Positions 1 to 13,699 of a stretch of 64,000 bases of DNA are shown here, piece by piece. Within the stretch, counting starts at the first letter, position 1, and every line of letters begins with the position of its first letter. A model generated the notes under the pieces. That model was not told the DNA's origin. It saw nothing but the letters and a program-made list of their open reading frames with translations, and did not search any database. The stretch comes from the human T2T-CHM13v2.0 reference genome, Homo sapiens, in the NCBI RefSeq assembly GCF_009914755.1, contig NC_060942.1; one strand, 5' to 3'. Both the position numbers and the translations under genes were made by a program.

Positions 1-2706
1 TTTCCTGCAAGTAAGGCTTCTAATTTCAAGTATTTATAGGAGGGCTGGGAGCAGGACTTCCTTCTCCTAGATAATCTCTCCCACATACCCTAGCACAGTG
101 CTGGGCATGTACATTACAGTCTCATTAAGTACGCTGGAAAATAAATGGAATCAAATTTCCTAAAATTCAAAGTCTCCAGGAAGTTGCTCAGGGCAAAGGA
201 CTGAGGTTGGAGAGATGAGGAGAAAACTTAATTTCATCCCTTCTAGAGGTGACACGGTGCAGGATCCTGCAGGAGCCCCACAGAGGACAGCCCACACACA
301 GCCCCTGAAAGTTGGCCTTGAACTGGTGAGAACACTGAGGCAGCAGCGGTCAGTGCCTTCCCTTTCTCTCCTCAATCCTCACTTGAGGAAACCCATCAAT
401 GGGGTAGGGAAGAATCCTGCAATTCTTGTCCCTAACTGAGAGCTCCAGGAGGAGCAGCCACTGTCAGACTCCCACACCTCTTGCTTTACAGTGAAGATCC
501 TCTGAGACTGCAGCCAGAACCGGAGGTTTTGGAAGAGGCCAGGTCAGGGAACTCTGAGGTGAGCAGCTTGAAACTGGAGCCACACTCAGGTTACCTGGCA
601 GTAACACCTGGCAGGTGTTAAACAGGCAGATTCCAGGTTTCCCTCCCAGAGCTTCTGAGCCATGTTGTTTGTAAGGACCAGGGAGGCCTCAGCCGTGGCT
701 AGCTAATTCTGCTTTTACCATCTTCCATATTCCAGAGGCCGCCCCCCAGCCTTGATTCTCTCCTCCCTGGCTGGCAGTGCCTCTGAGAACATTCATTTTG
801 GCTCACAACCCTTCCCAACTCCAGTCCAGGGCTCACTTCACAGAGGCAAGACCCCTCTTCAGGGTGGCAAGATGCCTAGGGCCCCTTGTCTGGTGAAGCC
901 AGGGAGGGTGGTGGCCGGGGAATGTTCTGAAGGTTGCATCAGTCCATTGGAAGGGGCAGCAGGGCTCCAGGGGAAACTGCACACAGTGAAGCAGGAGAAA
1001 GGATGAGAGGGGCTGGGAAGCATTTGTTGAAGGAGTCGCCAATATTCTGAATCATTCCAGAAGGCAGAATTCTAATTAGCGAGTTGAGTTATAAAGCAGA
1101 TTTTCACTCACCAAAGGAAAGATTTTGTAGTATCTAAGGCTATTCAACAAAGGAATGGATGCCCTTGGGTTGGGGAGGGAGTTTCCCATCCCTAGAGACA
1201 CCTGACAGTTAGCATGTGCCAAGCACATTGGTGGAGAGCCACCTGCCAGGGATGCTGCACAGAAAGTGCCATAGGTGAGAGGATGTGGAAACGCTAAAGG
1301 TCCTTTTTAATCTGCAATTCCTTGACACTTGACCAAGAAGGACAGACTCTGGAGGGAAGCCAGGAGATCAAGGAGACATCTCAGAAGGAAGGGGAAGCAC
1401 CCTGAATGAGGAAAAGTGAGGCCTGGGCAGCACGAACGCACACGGGACTTTGGGAACACACAGCATCCATGCTCTGGGAAAGTCTGGAGAAGCAGACCAC
1501 GAGCCCAAAGTGAGGCAATTTGGGGAGACAGGCCAACTGTCAGAGATCAGGAGACCAGGGCTGGTGGAAAGGAGCTTCTAGGCCTTTCCAGCTGAGGTGG
1601 ACAAGGGACCCAAGCCAAGAGATCAGGAAGTCAGGTGGACAGAGGTCAGGAGGAAGCTGATTCTAGAACAAGCAGACTGTCTTCTAGCCTCTGCAGAACT
1701 TTCTATGGCAGATGGGGCCCTGAGTCCCTATGCAGTTGGCTGGGTGGAGAATAGGATCCCTGTGTGACAGGTGACTGCCAATCACATTGAGAAGGAGACA
1801 AGAGCTGCAGCAGGGATGGACAGATACACCTCACGAAACCATTTTTTAGAAGTCCCCATACATGGATGCTGACATTTATTACATTACTCTTTTACCTCCT
1901 TTATTTCATATTCCCTCTTCAAGCAGAACCCCAGACTATCTACTTTGCCATTTTCCAAAACAAGGCCCATGGCCCAATGCCGGCCCTGATCTGTGCTTAG
2001 GTGCATCTGCCGATGAGAGAACAAGGCTGAGGAAAAGCAGGGCTCCATTCTGTCACTGTTGGCAAACGTCAGCTCAGGGCATCAAGCCTTCCTGTCACAC
2101 AAGTGCCCCCCAATTTCCTGTGACTAGAGTTTCAGTGAGCACAGACTTGCTGTTCTGGTCTCAAGCAGGTTTTTGCTTGTTGAACTCATCACTTGGATCT
2201 CGTAATCTGTGAGAACAAAACGCCCACATATGAGATAGGGCTGCTGCCCTGGCAACTGGGCACTGACCAGAGAGAAAGGTGAAAGACCAATTAAAAAAAA
2301 AAATCCCTGCCCAAAGGCCAGCAGGAAGCAGGGAAATAGGGAGAAAGATGATGATAAGAAATAATTCCCATGTGAGCCAAAAGGTCACCTTTCATCTCTG
2401 AAAATGACATGGTGGATTCACCTTCCAGGGCAAATAATACTAAATATTCACAAAGGCATTTGCAGCTAACAAGCCACTTGCATATTCTAGATGTCATTTG
2501 ATCCACACAATGGCCACATGTGATAGGCAGGGCAGGTGCTGTTGACGTTCTCATTTACAGATAAGAAAACTGAAGCTCAGAGGGCAAGGTGGCTCGCCCC
2601 AGGACAGGTAGTTGCTAAATGATGCAAGAAGGGCTCAAAGCAAGGTCTCTGGTCTTTGAATCCAGGGCTTTTCCCAGGATACCCCAGGCCTCCCAGACCC
2701 TATGCC

Positions 2707-3040
2707 AGGGTGGGCAAACTTTTTCTGTAAAGCACCAGATAGGAAATATTTTAGGATTTGCAGGCCATTTGGTCTCTGTCACATCAACTGTTCAGCTCTG
2801 CTGTTGTGGCATGAAAGCAACAATAGACAATATTACATAAACAAATGGGTATGTGGCTATGCTACAGTAAGACTTTATTTATGGACATTGCCATGTGAAT
2901 TTCATATAATTTTTATGTGTCCCAAAATATTACTTTTTAAAAAAATTCTTTTCAACTGTTTAAAAAACATAGAAACCATTCTTAGCTCGGGGTCCACACA
3001 AAAACAGGTGACAGGCTGGGATTGGGCCACCGGTGAGAGT
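2707..3040. mobile_element. MER58-family (hAT-Charlie) MITE
   Basis: caggGtgggcaaactttttctgtaaag...aatattttagg...tttgcaggcc resembles the MER58 consensus. Confidence 0.75.
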
Positions 3041-5946
3041 TAGGATATGTCTTGAACTCTCAGGCACTGTTCTGCCTGTCTCTAGGCAGGGGGTGGTGGG
3101 TAGATCTGCTCTCTGTGGCCTGGAATGGGAGCAAAGCTGCCTGGACCAGGGTGGTCAGCTGCTGGCTGCAGGATAATGGCAGCATATCTGGACCATTAGC
3201 TAAGCATCTCAAGGCTCTGAAGATTGGGGAAGGAGTCCCCTTTCTCTGTTGCAGTAGAGCATGTCCTATGCCCATTGTGAATGAGCAGGGCCAACTTTCC
3301 CTGCCCCTACAATGCCATGTGGCTGGGCTGAGCCTGGCAGTCCACTGATAGAAGAGGCGGCGTGGTCTGGGGTTTCCTAAAGGCAGGGACAGAGGGCAGC
3401 ACCGCTTCTGCAATCTTAGTCTTAAGCTTTTTGTTCATAGCCTGATTGAGAGTAAGGAGCAGAAATGGAAACAGGTGAAAGTCAAGTTGGAAGAGAGGCT
3501 AGCACTGAGTGCACCCCTGTTCCTGATCAAGCTTGGGAGAAACAGGGCTTAGCGATGGATTGTGGAAATCGTCACCCAAGCCAGCTCTAGAGCTGGCCTG
3601 TGATTTACCCATTTAGTGTATTATCTGTTGTTCAGTTGTCCCTAGAGTTGATTTCTCTCTGGCCTTTTAGCAGGGCTACCATTAGCCTATATGGAACCTT
3701 TGTGCAAATTAGGCAAAAAGAATCCCTTTCTCAAGACATTTTACTGCCATCTGTTGGATAACTGTCATAATAAACACACAAATCTACAAGCTCTCTGATG
3801 TGAATTGTGTCTCCTTACATAGTCACATTTGTGCAGTGTGTGACCTGCACATCTGAGACCAGCAACCCTACCTTTCACATAGTCACCTCCTTCCACTAAA
3901 GGTCAGCATGTGCTCAGGGAGGTCAAATTAATTTAAGCATTGATCTGAAGAATATACAATGAGGGTTGTAGACCAGGGATTAAGCTAAACACATGGTACC
4001 TTTCAAAGCCAACCAGAATTGAGCTGGGATCCTGTGCAGGTGGGCTTAGCTGCAGCCTAAAGATAGAGTGCCCACTCAAGGCCACAACAGAGGGTTGTCT
4101 GTGCCCCCCTTGCCCTGCTCAGTGGATGCACATGCCCTGACATGCCCTGTTTTTCCTCTGCAGGCCCTGTGGCAGGGGCACAAGGCTGCTCCCTCTAAAC
4201 AGGAAATCCGTCCCTTGCCGGCTGGCCGGAAGCTGCCTGTGTGGGCTTCCAGAAAAGGCAGACACTGGCAGGCCCGAACTGCCTGCCTGCGCCTGGTGCA
4301 CCAGCCACCCCCACAGCCTCCCCTGCGCTCTGTCTGGAACAGTCAGCACACAGCAGTGACAGAACACATCTCCAGAGAGCCACCCCAGGCCATGCAGAGA
4401 GGCAGAGCCATGAGGGGGCCGGGCCCCCTAATTCGGTGCTGCATGCACAGCGGAGCTGGTGAGGCTGCTTGCCACATTCCCGACTACAGAAGTCAAGCAT
4501 ATGCCCCGTAACTAAGCCCCCATCTCATCAAGACCCAGTGCGATCTGAACCTCAGGGAAGCTCACGTGGTCCAGGCTTTCTTAGGAAGCAGAGAATCATG
4601 AATGAACTGGTGGAGTTTCTTTTCCTTGCCTTTCGCCCATCCCCAGATCCTGTTTAAATAGAATGTGGCTTTAGCTATTTTAGCAGGTGAGGGTGAGGAG
4701 GGGGTTGGAAGGAGAATGATTGGGCCTGATTTTACCCCACCCGCAAGTGAATCTGCAATGGCTCACACCCTGACACCCCTCACTTCCGCTCACTGAGAGC
4801 CAAGACGCTAGAAGTGAGATATCACAGGCGCTGCGTAGGAGGAGATGAAAACGGCAAGGGAGAGAGATTCAGCGGGGGCTGCCCTGGGGGTGGGAGATGA
4901 GGGGGAATGTTCTCTCCCAGCCAGGGAAGGCCCCCTCACTACTCAAGCCCACACAGATGTGGGGAGGGGTTGGTCCGCAGAACCCAAGGATGGGCAGGGG
5001 GGACAATGCCATGTGCCGGTGCCGGAAGCTGGCTCATGGCCACCGACCAATGGATTCCCTCCCAGTCATGTAGACTCCAGTTCTTTCCCCCATGCTACCC
5101 CCAAAAGGTTTCCTCTTCCTTCGTCAGGCCTGGACACCCATTGCCTCTCAGCCAGGCTCTCGTCTACTGTCTCTTCCTCATTCTCCAGACTCTTCCACCT
5201 CCAGTACATCCAACCCACCCTCCCATCATCACTTTGTACCAGCTCTTCCATGGCCTCTGCGAGATGCTCTCTGCTCCTGGGACCACACACAAGGCACTGG
5301 GACGATGGATGACAGGCTTTCTTCCTTTGCTTTCCTCCTGTAACTTCCTTCTTTTCTCCCTTCTCCCTTTCTTCTTCTGTCTTTTCTCCCTCTCACTGTC
5401 TTACAAATAGAACTGGAACTTTTCTCCCTAGAATACCCTCCACCTTGATCTCCTTGCAGACACACTTCTTATTAAAATCATAAGTGCCTCTGATCCTCCG
5501 AGAAATTGCAATGGGCCATTCACTTCTATCACATCGTTTAATCCTCACAATGATGGACCCTATGGCTACTAGTGTCACCATTTTTAGTAATGAGGCAATG
5601 GAAGCAGGAGCTTAAGAAGCTTGATGGTGTTCACACAATTAGAAAGGGTGCAGCCTAGATTTGGACTCAGGGCATCTGAACAAGAAGGTTCTCTCTTGGC
5701 TGTCATTGCCCCCACCCTGCCAGCTTTAGTTCAAACCTCAGGTTCTCTCAAAAGTTCCCACCTGCCAAACCCACACGGCCCCATTCCACAGCTCCCGGTG
5801 TGTGCGTTGTTCCTTTAGCAACTAACGTGCTCAAACACAGTCCGTGCATTTGACCTCAGCCAAGCCTTGTTATGCACCAACATGAAAACATCACTTGGTC
5901 CTTAAAAGTTGCTCATGGGCAGAAATCAAGAAATAACATTCTACAG

Positions 5947-6174
5947 CAGTGGCATCCAGTCTTTTGGCTTCCCTGGGCCACACTGGAAGGAGAAGAATTC
6001 CCTTGGGCCACACATAAAATACATTAACACTAGCGATAGCTGATGAGCTAAAAAAAAAAAAAAAAATTGCAAAAAAATCTTATGCTTTAAGAAAGTTTAT
6101 GAATTTTTGTTGGGCTACATTCAAAGCTGTCCTGGGCCACATGCAGCCTGTGGGTGGTGGGTTGAACAAGCTTG
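5947..6174. mobile_element. MER30 (hAT-Charlie) MITE
   Basis: Close to full length: tcttttggcttccctgggccaca...gatagctgatgagctaaaa...ttgaacaagcttg. Confidence 0.85.
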
Positions 6175-6810
6175 CCCTATACCATTCATCACCCTCAAGT
6201 AAATATACAGCTGGTACGTTTTTCTAGGGAACTGTCCAATGTAAGTCTGATACTATCAGGTGTTGAAACATAGGAGGGAGTAGATCAGCTTCCACTCCTT
6301 CAGCTTATCCTGCTGGTTCCTTTTCCAGCCACTGCCCAGCCCTGAAGAGCTATTTCTACCTACCCTGCAGTCACTCGTCCTCCTTTGCTTCCTTTCCTGC
6401 CTCTCTACGGAAGACCCCTCCCATCCACCTGCACATTTCGATAACCTTGGCTCCATTACTTCCCTTTCCAACCCAGACTCTAGTAGACTGCTAGTATTTA
6501 TCTTCCCAGAGGGCCAGAACACCAGCACTTCTTGTATACTACTGGAATGTCACCCAGCCTTCCTGGAGGGCAGGTGAGTGATATATGTTAAAAGCCTTAA
6601 CATTGTGCAAATCCCTTGAACCAACTATTCAAGCCCTATGCATTAGTTTATACTAAGGGAGTAGTTATATTAATTGATCACCTATAAGGATGTCTATCAC
6701 AGCATTGTTAATACTGACAAAAAATAGGGAACAACCTAAAGATATCCAAAATAGGAGATTTGGGGGGTGACATATATTCTCCCATTCATGGACTACAATG
6801 CAGCCACTTA

Positions 6811-7152
<342 letters not shown>

Positions 7153-10100
7153 TTAAGTGAAACAACATGGTTATAAAATTGAGTTTAATGCAATACCATT
7201 TTAATATGTAGGGTTTAATATGTTCATAAACAAAAATTTAAAGAATGGGAAGGAAATTCACCAAAATGTTAACAGGGGTGTCTCCAACACAATTGTACTC
7301 AGTACTTAAGTTCAAGCCTCTGGGTTTGCTCCTAGCTTCATCCTTATAGACAAATGATTTCACCTCCCCCTTCCTCAGTCTCCTTCATCTATTAGATGGG
7401 GGTAACAATAAACCTCCCTTGCAGCGTTGTGAAAATTAAATGGATGTTTAGATAGATAGGTGGATGGATAGATTAGATTAAGATTAATAGTTTGTTGAGA
7501 ATGATGACAGCCATTGAGTAAGTGCTGCATAAAAATCAGCTATTGTCATCTTTGAGTGATTGGATTATGGAAGATTTTCTTATTCTTCTGTTGCTTATTT
7601 GTACTTTTGAATTTTTACAATGGCCATATTTTTTCTGTGATTGAAAACTGAAGTCACCTAATGTCAATACTTGAGTAGGTCATGTCTTCTGTATTTCAGA
7701 AGAAACAGTCGAAAGTTCCTGCCAATTTATTATAACCTCAAGCTGGCTTTGTCACACAAATGCCTTGAGCCAGTCTGAGTGGCTGTGAGGCTGGAGGGAA
7801 GATTGAGAACCAGATGGCCAGTGAGAGAGAATAGACACAAGGGCCACCAGCAGAGACCCAGCCCCAGGCAGGTGGGAACACTTTCTCTGACTCTCACTGG
7901 GCTCACACTGGCCAACACCTGTGGCTAAAGGGAGGGTTCCAGCAGGAAGCCATTGGTGCTGCAATGGAATGGACACTGACAGCTGGATCAGGGCCAAGAC
8001 AGTGTCTGTGTCATCAGTTCAGATTTTCGTGTGTACAAAATGCAACATGGAGAAAGTGCTATTTCCACAAACAGAAAAAAAAAGGCTATTTTAAACACCT
8101 ATTTAAAGATAAAAATAACCAAGTTTGAAGCAAATACACAATTCCATGCATTCTCCAAACATTCTGGCTGCTGGGTTGAAAGAGAATGTGGCTGGTGGTG
8201 GTTCTGGAGGGTGGAGGCCACAGTGAAAATATGAGGTGGAGGATCCATTCCCAGGTGTGTGAGTGACACTGAGCCATCAGAGCTCATTTCCCCAAGTGCC
8301 CTCATTTCATTTCAAATCCTAGAAAACTCCTCACCCATGAAGACTCAGTTTGAGCATCACCTCCTCTATAAAGGCCTCCTGATTCCTTCTTCCTCTATGC
8401 TCCCATTGGCCTGGGCGCCATACCCCACTTAGAATATTCTATCCCTTTGCACTGTGATTATCTACTGGCTTGACTCTCTCCCGTCTAGACTCTAAGCTCC
8501 TAGAGAGAAGGGCCTGTATGTAATCACCCTGAGCGCAGGCTCTGGTGCATAGAAGGCTCCCCGCAAAATGCCCATTGAATCACTGAATGAATGTGCTTAA
8601 CAGGAGGAATGATGGAGGAGCATGAGCTGGCACCAAAAGCCCAAGACTGCAGCTCTGCCCTACAGTTATGCTGTGTGACCAAGAGCAAGGGGCTTAATTT
8701 CCCTGGGCTTCCATTTTCTCCTCTCTGAAATGGAGGAAGAGTAGATAAAGTCCCTTTTGGTCCTTAAATTCTCTGATGTGCCACAACAGGGCCTCACTTA
8801 GAGTGGTTCTCTTCTTCCCCCTCTTTCCGGAGATGATTTTCTGCAGTGCTAGGTGGGAGCAGATGGGGTGGGCGGGGAGCTGCTGTGAGCTTCAGTGGAG
8901 GAAAGTGCTGCAGGGCTGGCCCAGCCCTCCCTACCCTGGAGTCCTTGCCCCCACCTGGGAATTCTTCCATGGAGTTCAAAGGAACAATGACTCCCAAGCA
9001 GCACCCACAGCAAATAGGCTCAGAGAGCCCTGGAGAGTGCTCCGTGAAGGAAAATGACAAAGCGTCGGGAAAAGAGGCTTTCCCTGCTGGCTTTAACAGC
9101 AGTCAAGGTGATGAGCCTATTCCCAGTTGTCTGCTTGAACCTGCCTGGATTCCAGAGGGGAACCTGGCACTGAGTAGCTCTGGAGTACTTTCTGAGAGGT
9201 TAGAATCTTAAGCCTGTGCATCTCAGAATCAGAAAAAGCCTGGATGTGGGGGAAGAAGAAAGGGAAACATCAGGAGCTTAACCACAAGGACAAGCACCAC
9301 GCTATTGTGTCATTTACTGAGCATTGACTCTGTGCCTCGGCACTAAGTCCTGTATGCTCATTTCCCCAGCTAATCTTATCAGGTAGAAATTAATGTTCTC
9401 CCCACTTTACAAATGAGAAAATAGAGGCACAGAGCTTAAGGCATCTGCTCATGCTAGCATAAGTGGCAGAATGGCAGAGCTAGCTTTTGACCATGGAGAA
9501 GGGGAGTCCAGAGACCGAGTCCATGGTGGGGGACTATCTTGAAGATGGGAAGTATGGGGAGATGAAATAGGGCAGAAAGATCCACAGTAGAAAGGAAGCC
9601 ACCAAAGGCCAATCTCCTTTTGCCCCCATGGAGGAGGGCTGGCCCTGACCTCTCCGTCTCCCTTTGGTTATGAAAGTGGACACTCTAGTAATCCTGAAAA
9701 GACTCCAAGAGACCCCCTAGTCCAGGCACTCTACAGAGGGAGAAACTGAGGATAGGAGGGGAACTGAGATCTGCCCCAGGTCTCATTGCTATTTGGTGGC
9801 AAAGCCAGAACCAGAACTCAGGATGTATAGTCCCATGTGCTTTCTGACCCAGAGAGTTATTTTAAGATTAATGATTTAATTACTCTACGATAATATCCTA
9901 TAGAATCTGGGAATAAGTCAGTGCTTCTGGCTTCTTGACAGAGCCTTTGCGATGGGTGTTTTATGCTCCAATCATGCAGGGTACTTTCATTTTGCATTTG
10001 CACTATGCAGTCCTCTGGCAGGTCCATAATCCTTTGCAGGGCGGTACAATTTGCACATGCCCCTAATACGTTAATCACCATCCCTTTCTTATCCCATTCT

Positions 10101-13100
10101 CCCCTCAAATGCACCCTGGGCACTACGCCCAACATGGTCATGTCAAGATCGGGTACACATCTGGAGCTGTGTGATAATCATTGTGTGGCACTGCATGGCC
10201 TGGAATAAAACTATAACCCAGTTACCTGATGAAACAGCCAGGAATGGAAACAGTGATTATGCTGAAAACAAACACAATTCCATTTCTACCCATTCCCAAG
10301 TGCTGTGCAGCTTTCAGCCCCCAGCTCCAGCTTTCTCACTGGGCATTAAAAAAAAAAAAAAAGAAAAAAAGAAAGAAAGAAAAAAAGGCAATTCATTTGC
10401 TCCAGAATGGGAGTCCAGATGTAAACGTCATCCACCCCTCCCACCACCTGCATGCGCCCAGCCCACCTGCCCAAGTTGTTGTTTCTTCTTATGGCTTCCC
10501 TTTCCTGTAATCATCAGCCTCTCTTCTCTTTGAAGCATACAACAAAACTGGCTGCAACCATATTTGTTATTAATCTACCCAAGAAGATTACATGCCCCCT
10601 AGATGGTGGCTTGTCCTTCCCAAAACCTAAAGAACAAGAGCAGGTGTGGAATCAGGACCCACCTCAAGACTGGGCCCTCTGAATGCAAGGGGCCTCTCTG
10701 CTTCTGCCAGTGCCTGAGTCTGAAACATTTCTGAGCTGTTGTGCTGGGTTCTGACAGCCCTGGTGTGTGAGCAGCCCCCAGGTCAGCTGCAACGCAGCTC
10801 TTGGCTTCAGAGGCCTGTCTCATGGCCAAGCTGGTGGAGCCTTCCCCAGGCAGTATGGTGTGGGCTCAATATTAATCTAAGCCACATGATCATCTCAGTG
10901 CTTTTCGAAGTAGGAGGGTTTGTGGGTAGGCACTGGGCTGTGGGCAATTACTTGGCCAGAAAGCAGGAAATGACATCATATTGGTCGTGAGAAGGCCAGG
11001 CAGGATCTGCCTTAAACAGGTCTTGCTCATGCTTCCCTACCAGCCCAAGCTCCTTCAAGACCCAATATGAGGTCATCCCAAATCTACCTGGAGAGCACAC
11101 GCCATCTTATCAGGCCTTGCCTAACTCAGATGTCTCGCCCAACCTCATTCTTCAATACTGCCCCATAGGGAAGGCAGGGATGTGCCCAGGGCTTCCCTGA
11201 AGTCAAAGAGGACTGAGTAGCCCTGCATTCTCAGCCTGGGCAACTCTGCAGTGGGCTTATGAATTGCACCTGGGCACTGTGTCCTGTGAATGTCTCACCA
11301 AAAGGGACAACATCAAAGTGGGTATGGGGGGGGGTGTGAAATCAGTGGGTGGGAGACACCTGGAGGCAAGCAAGAAAGAAGGTGCTTAGCTAGCACAGTG
11401 TCAGAGTAAGCCAGTGCTACAGGGACCTCAGAGAACATCTCGAGCAACCTGGTAAGAAGATGAGAAAACAGAGACCCAGAGAGGATGAGCAACTTGCCCA
11501 GAGTCACATAATTACCAAAGTGTGAGGCTAGGACTCAGGTCTCTGCCCCTTTGGAAAGCTCTTTCCACCCATCTCTGTGGCTTGTCTTTATAATCAGATG
11601 TGTCTATCCATGACCTCCCATTACTACCATATGCACACAACCTGTTCCTTACCAACGTTCATACAAGCCCCTAAGTCCCAGTGGCCAAGGTAGCAGCTGT
11701 GAGTAAAAGCCATCACCAGGTAGATAGGAGGAGACCGCAGTGTTACCCTCAGAGCAACCTGAGCTTCACTGGAGAAACTGGAGAGATACACATTAGGAAG
11801 TTAGAGCCCTGAAATATGGTATTTCTTGGCAATGTATCCATCTCAAAACACCTGACAGCTACAACCCCCCCACCACCATCAGTCTTGGTGGCTCATCTTG
11901 GTGGTGATTCTGCCAGAGCACGTGTGAACCACAGGGAGTAGGTTGAGAAGGTCCTCCTCCCTGCCCGTGAGATTCCTTACATATCCCTGATTGCAGAATC
12001 ACTGCACAGCAGTGTGTGGCACAGACTTTCCTCACAGAGTTTAGAGAGGGAGGGGACACCTGAGGCAGAGGAAGTGGGTAATGCCGTCCAGAGAGGCTGA
12101 GGCTTTCCATCCAGTGGGGTCGGGGTGGCATGCAAAAAAGAGGAGGATGAAAGAGAGGAAGTGAGGGGCGAGGGGCCTTGACATTTCCTCTGGCCCTGGC
12201 ACGTTTTAACAGAAGATCCGCAGTTTCCTATATCACCAACTTGAGACAGAACTCTGGGAACAAGGAGCCAACTCAGTTAGCAAATAGGGCAGGCCCCGGG
12301 GCTCCAGAAAGACCTGCCCCACTGGGTCCTTGCAGGGCTTGATGCGATAGGGCCTGAATCACAGAAACAGCTGTCGGCTGTCCGTGGTCTGGTTTCCACT
12401 CCACAATCTCTGAACAGATTAGCACAGGGTGTCTAATACTGCCCTCAGGCCTCAGTTCCACTTCCAACGGGTCCCTTGAAACCTCCTCAGGGTTGATGAA
12501 TGCTGGAGAGAACAGCTTTCAGAGCCACTGTCTGCCAGGCACAGGAGCCAACACAATCTGAGCAAACAGGTTGAGAAATGGGAGCTGCTAGCCCTAGACC
12601 AAGAAACAGAAGAGGCAGTGGGGAGGCACTCTGTGCTGCTTGCCTTGACCTTTGTCCCCTGTGCAACGTGGGGATAATAATAGCCGCTACTTCTCGGAGT
12701 TTTAAGAAGATACTACTTGTAAAATGTATGCACACAAAGACACAAGGCTACGGAAGTATTTTGTCTCAAAGTCATATAGCTAGGAGGTGGTAGGGGTGGG
12801 ATTTGAACCCAGGACTCCATGATTTGAGGCCTGGCACTCTGAGCCATGATGCTCTACAGTCTCCTTGTGGGCACTTTGTATGATGGGAATCTGTGTCCTC
12901 CACTGGACTGTGAGCACCTTGAGGGCAGGGACTATGTCCTTATCCACAGGCTCAGCATCTTAGGGCAGCTCAAGAGGGCATTGCCAACAGCAGCTGCTAA
13001 GGATGATGCTGCACCTGCAGGCAGGGGAGACAGTGCTTAACTTCCAGCCAGGGGCTGCTATCAGTGTGGAGATGTCCATGCAGTTACTCTGCCCCTTGTG

Positions 13101-13699
13101 TTCTGAGTTACCAAGAGGGTGAGCCATTCCCGGCAGGATGGAAGAAATCCACCAGGAAGACAGTCACACACATCCATGACAACAGAAGGGATGCCAACAA
13201 GCAGATGGCAGGAGGGAAAATTCACTACACTTCTGGAGCAATTTGATAGCCAAGACTCTGTTCCCAGGGATAATAAATGCGGATATGCTGGAAAAGCGGT
13301 TGCCAGCCTTCCACAGGCCCCAGAAGGTGCCAGGACCCCTGACGCCCACTCTTAGAGTGAGACAAGCCTAGAGATGGCTGCTAACTCCCTGTGCCGGCTC
13401 TGTGTATGTCTGAAATGCTTATTCACGTGTGATGTCTGACTGAACCATTCCATTGACAGGTTGAGGGCAGCCAGCCAAGACTGGGGCGCCCACTCCTACT
13501 GATTCACATGGGGATGAGTCAAGAGAATCCAGGAGGTTTCTCCAGGAGCCTTGAAGTCTTGCGCAAGAACTGAGGAGTTGAGGTGAAGGCATTTTCCTCT
13601 TTTCTTCCAAATGAACAAAAGCTTTTTGACTGAAATATGGCCTATGGTCACTGTTAAAATCACTTAATGAACATTTGGAATGCATTAAAAGAAGTGACC

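Noticed and set aside
4068-5410. Cluster of 147-167 aa ORFs in intron 4
   Set aside because: GC-rich, low-information translations with no domain or [16 protein letters not shown] signals; not PLAT-like.
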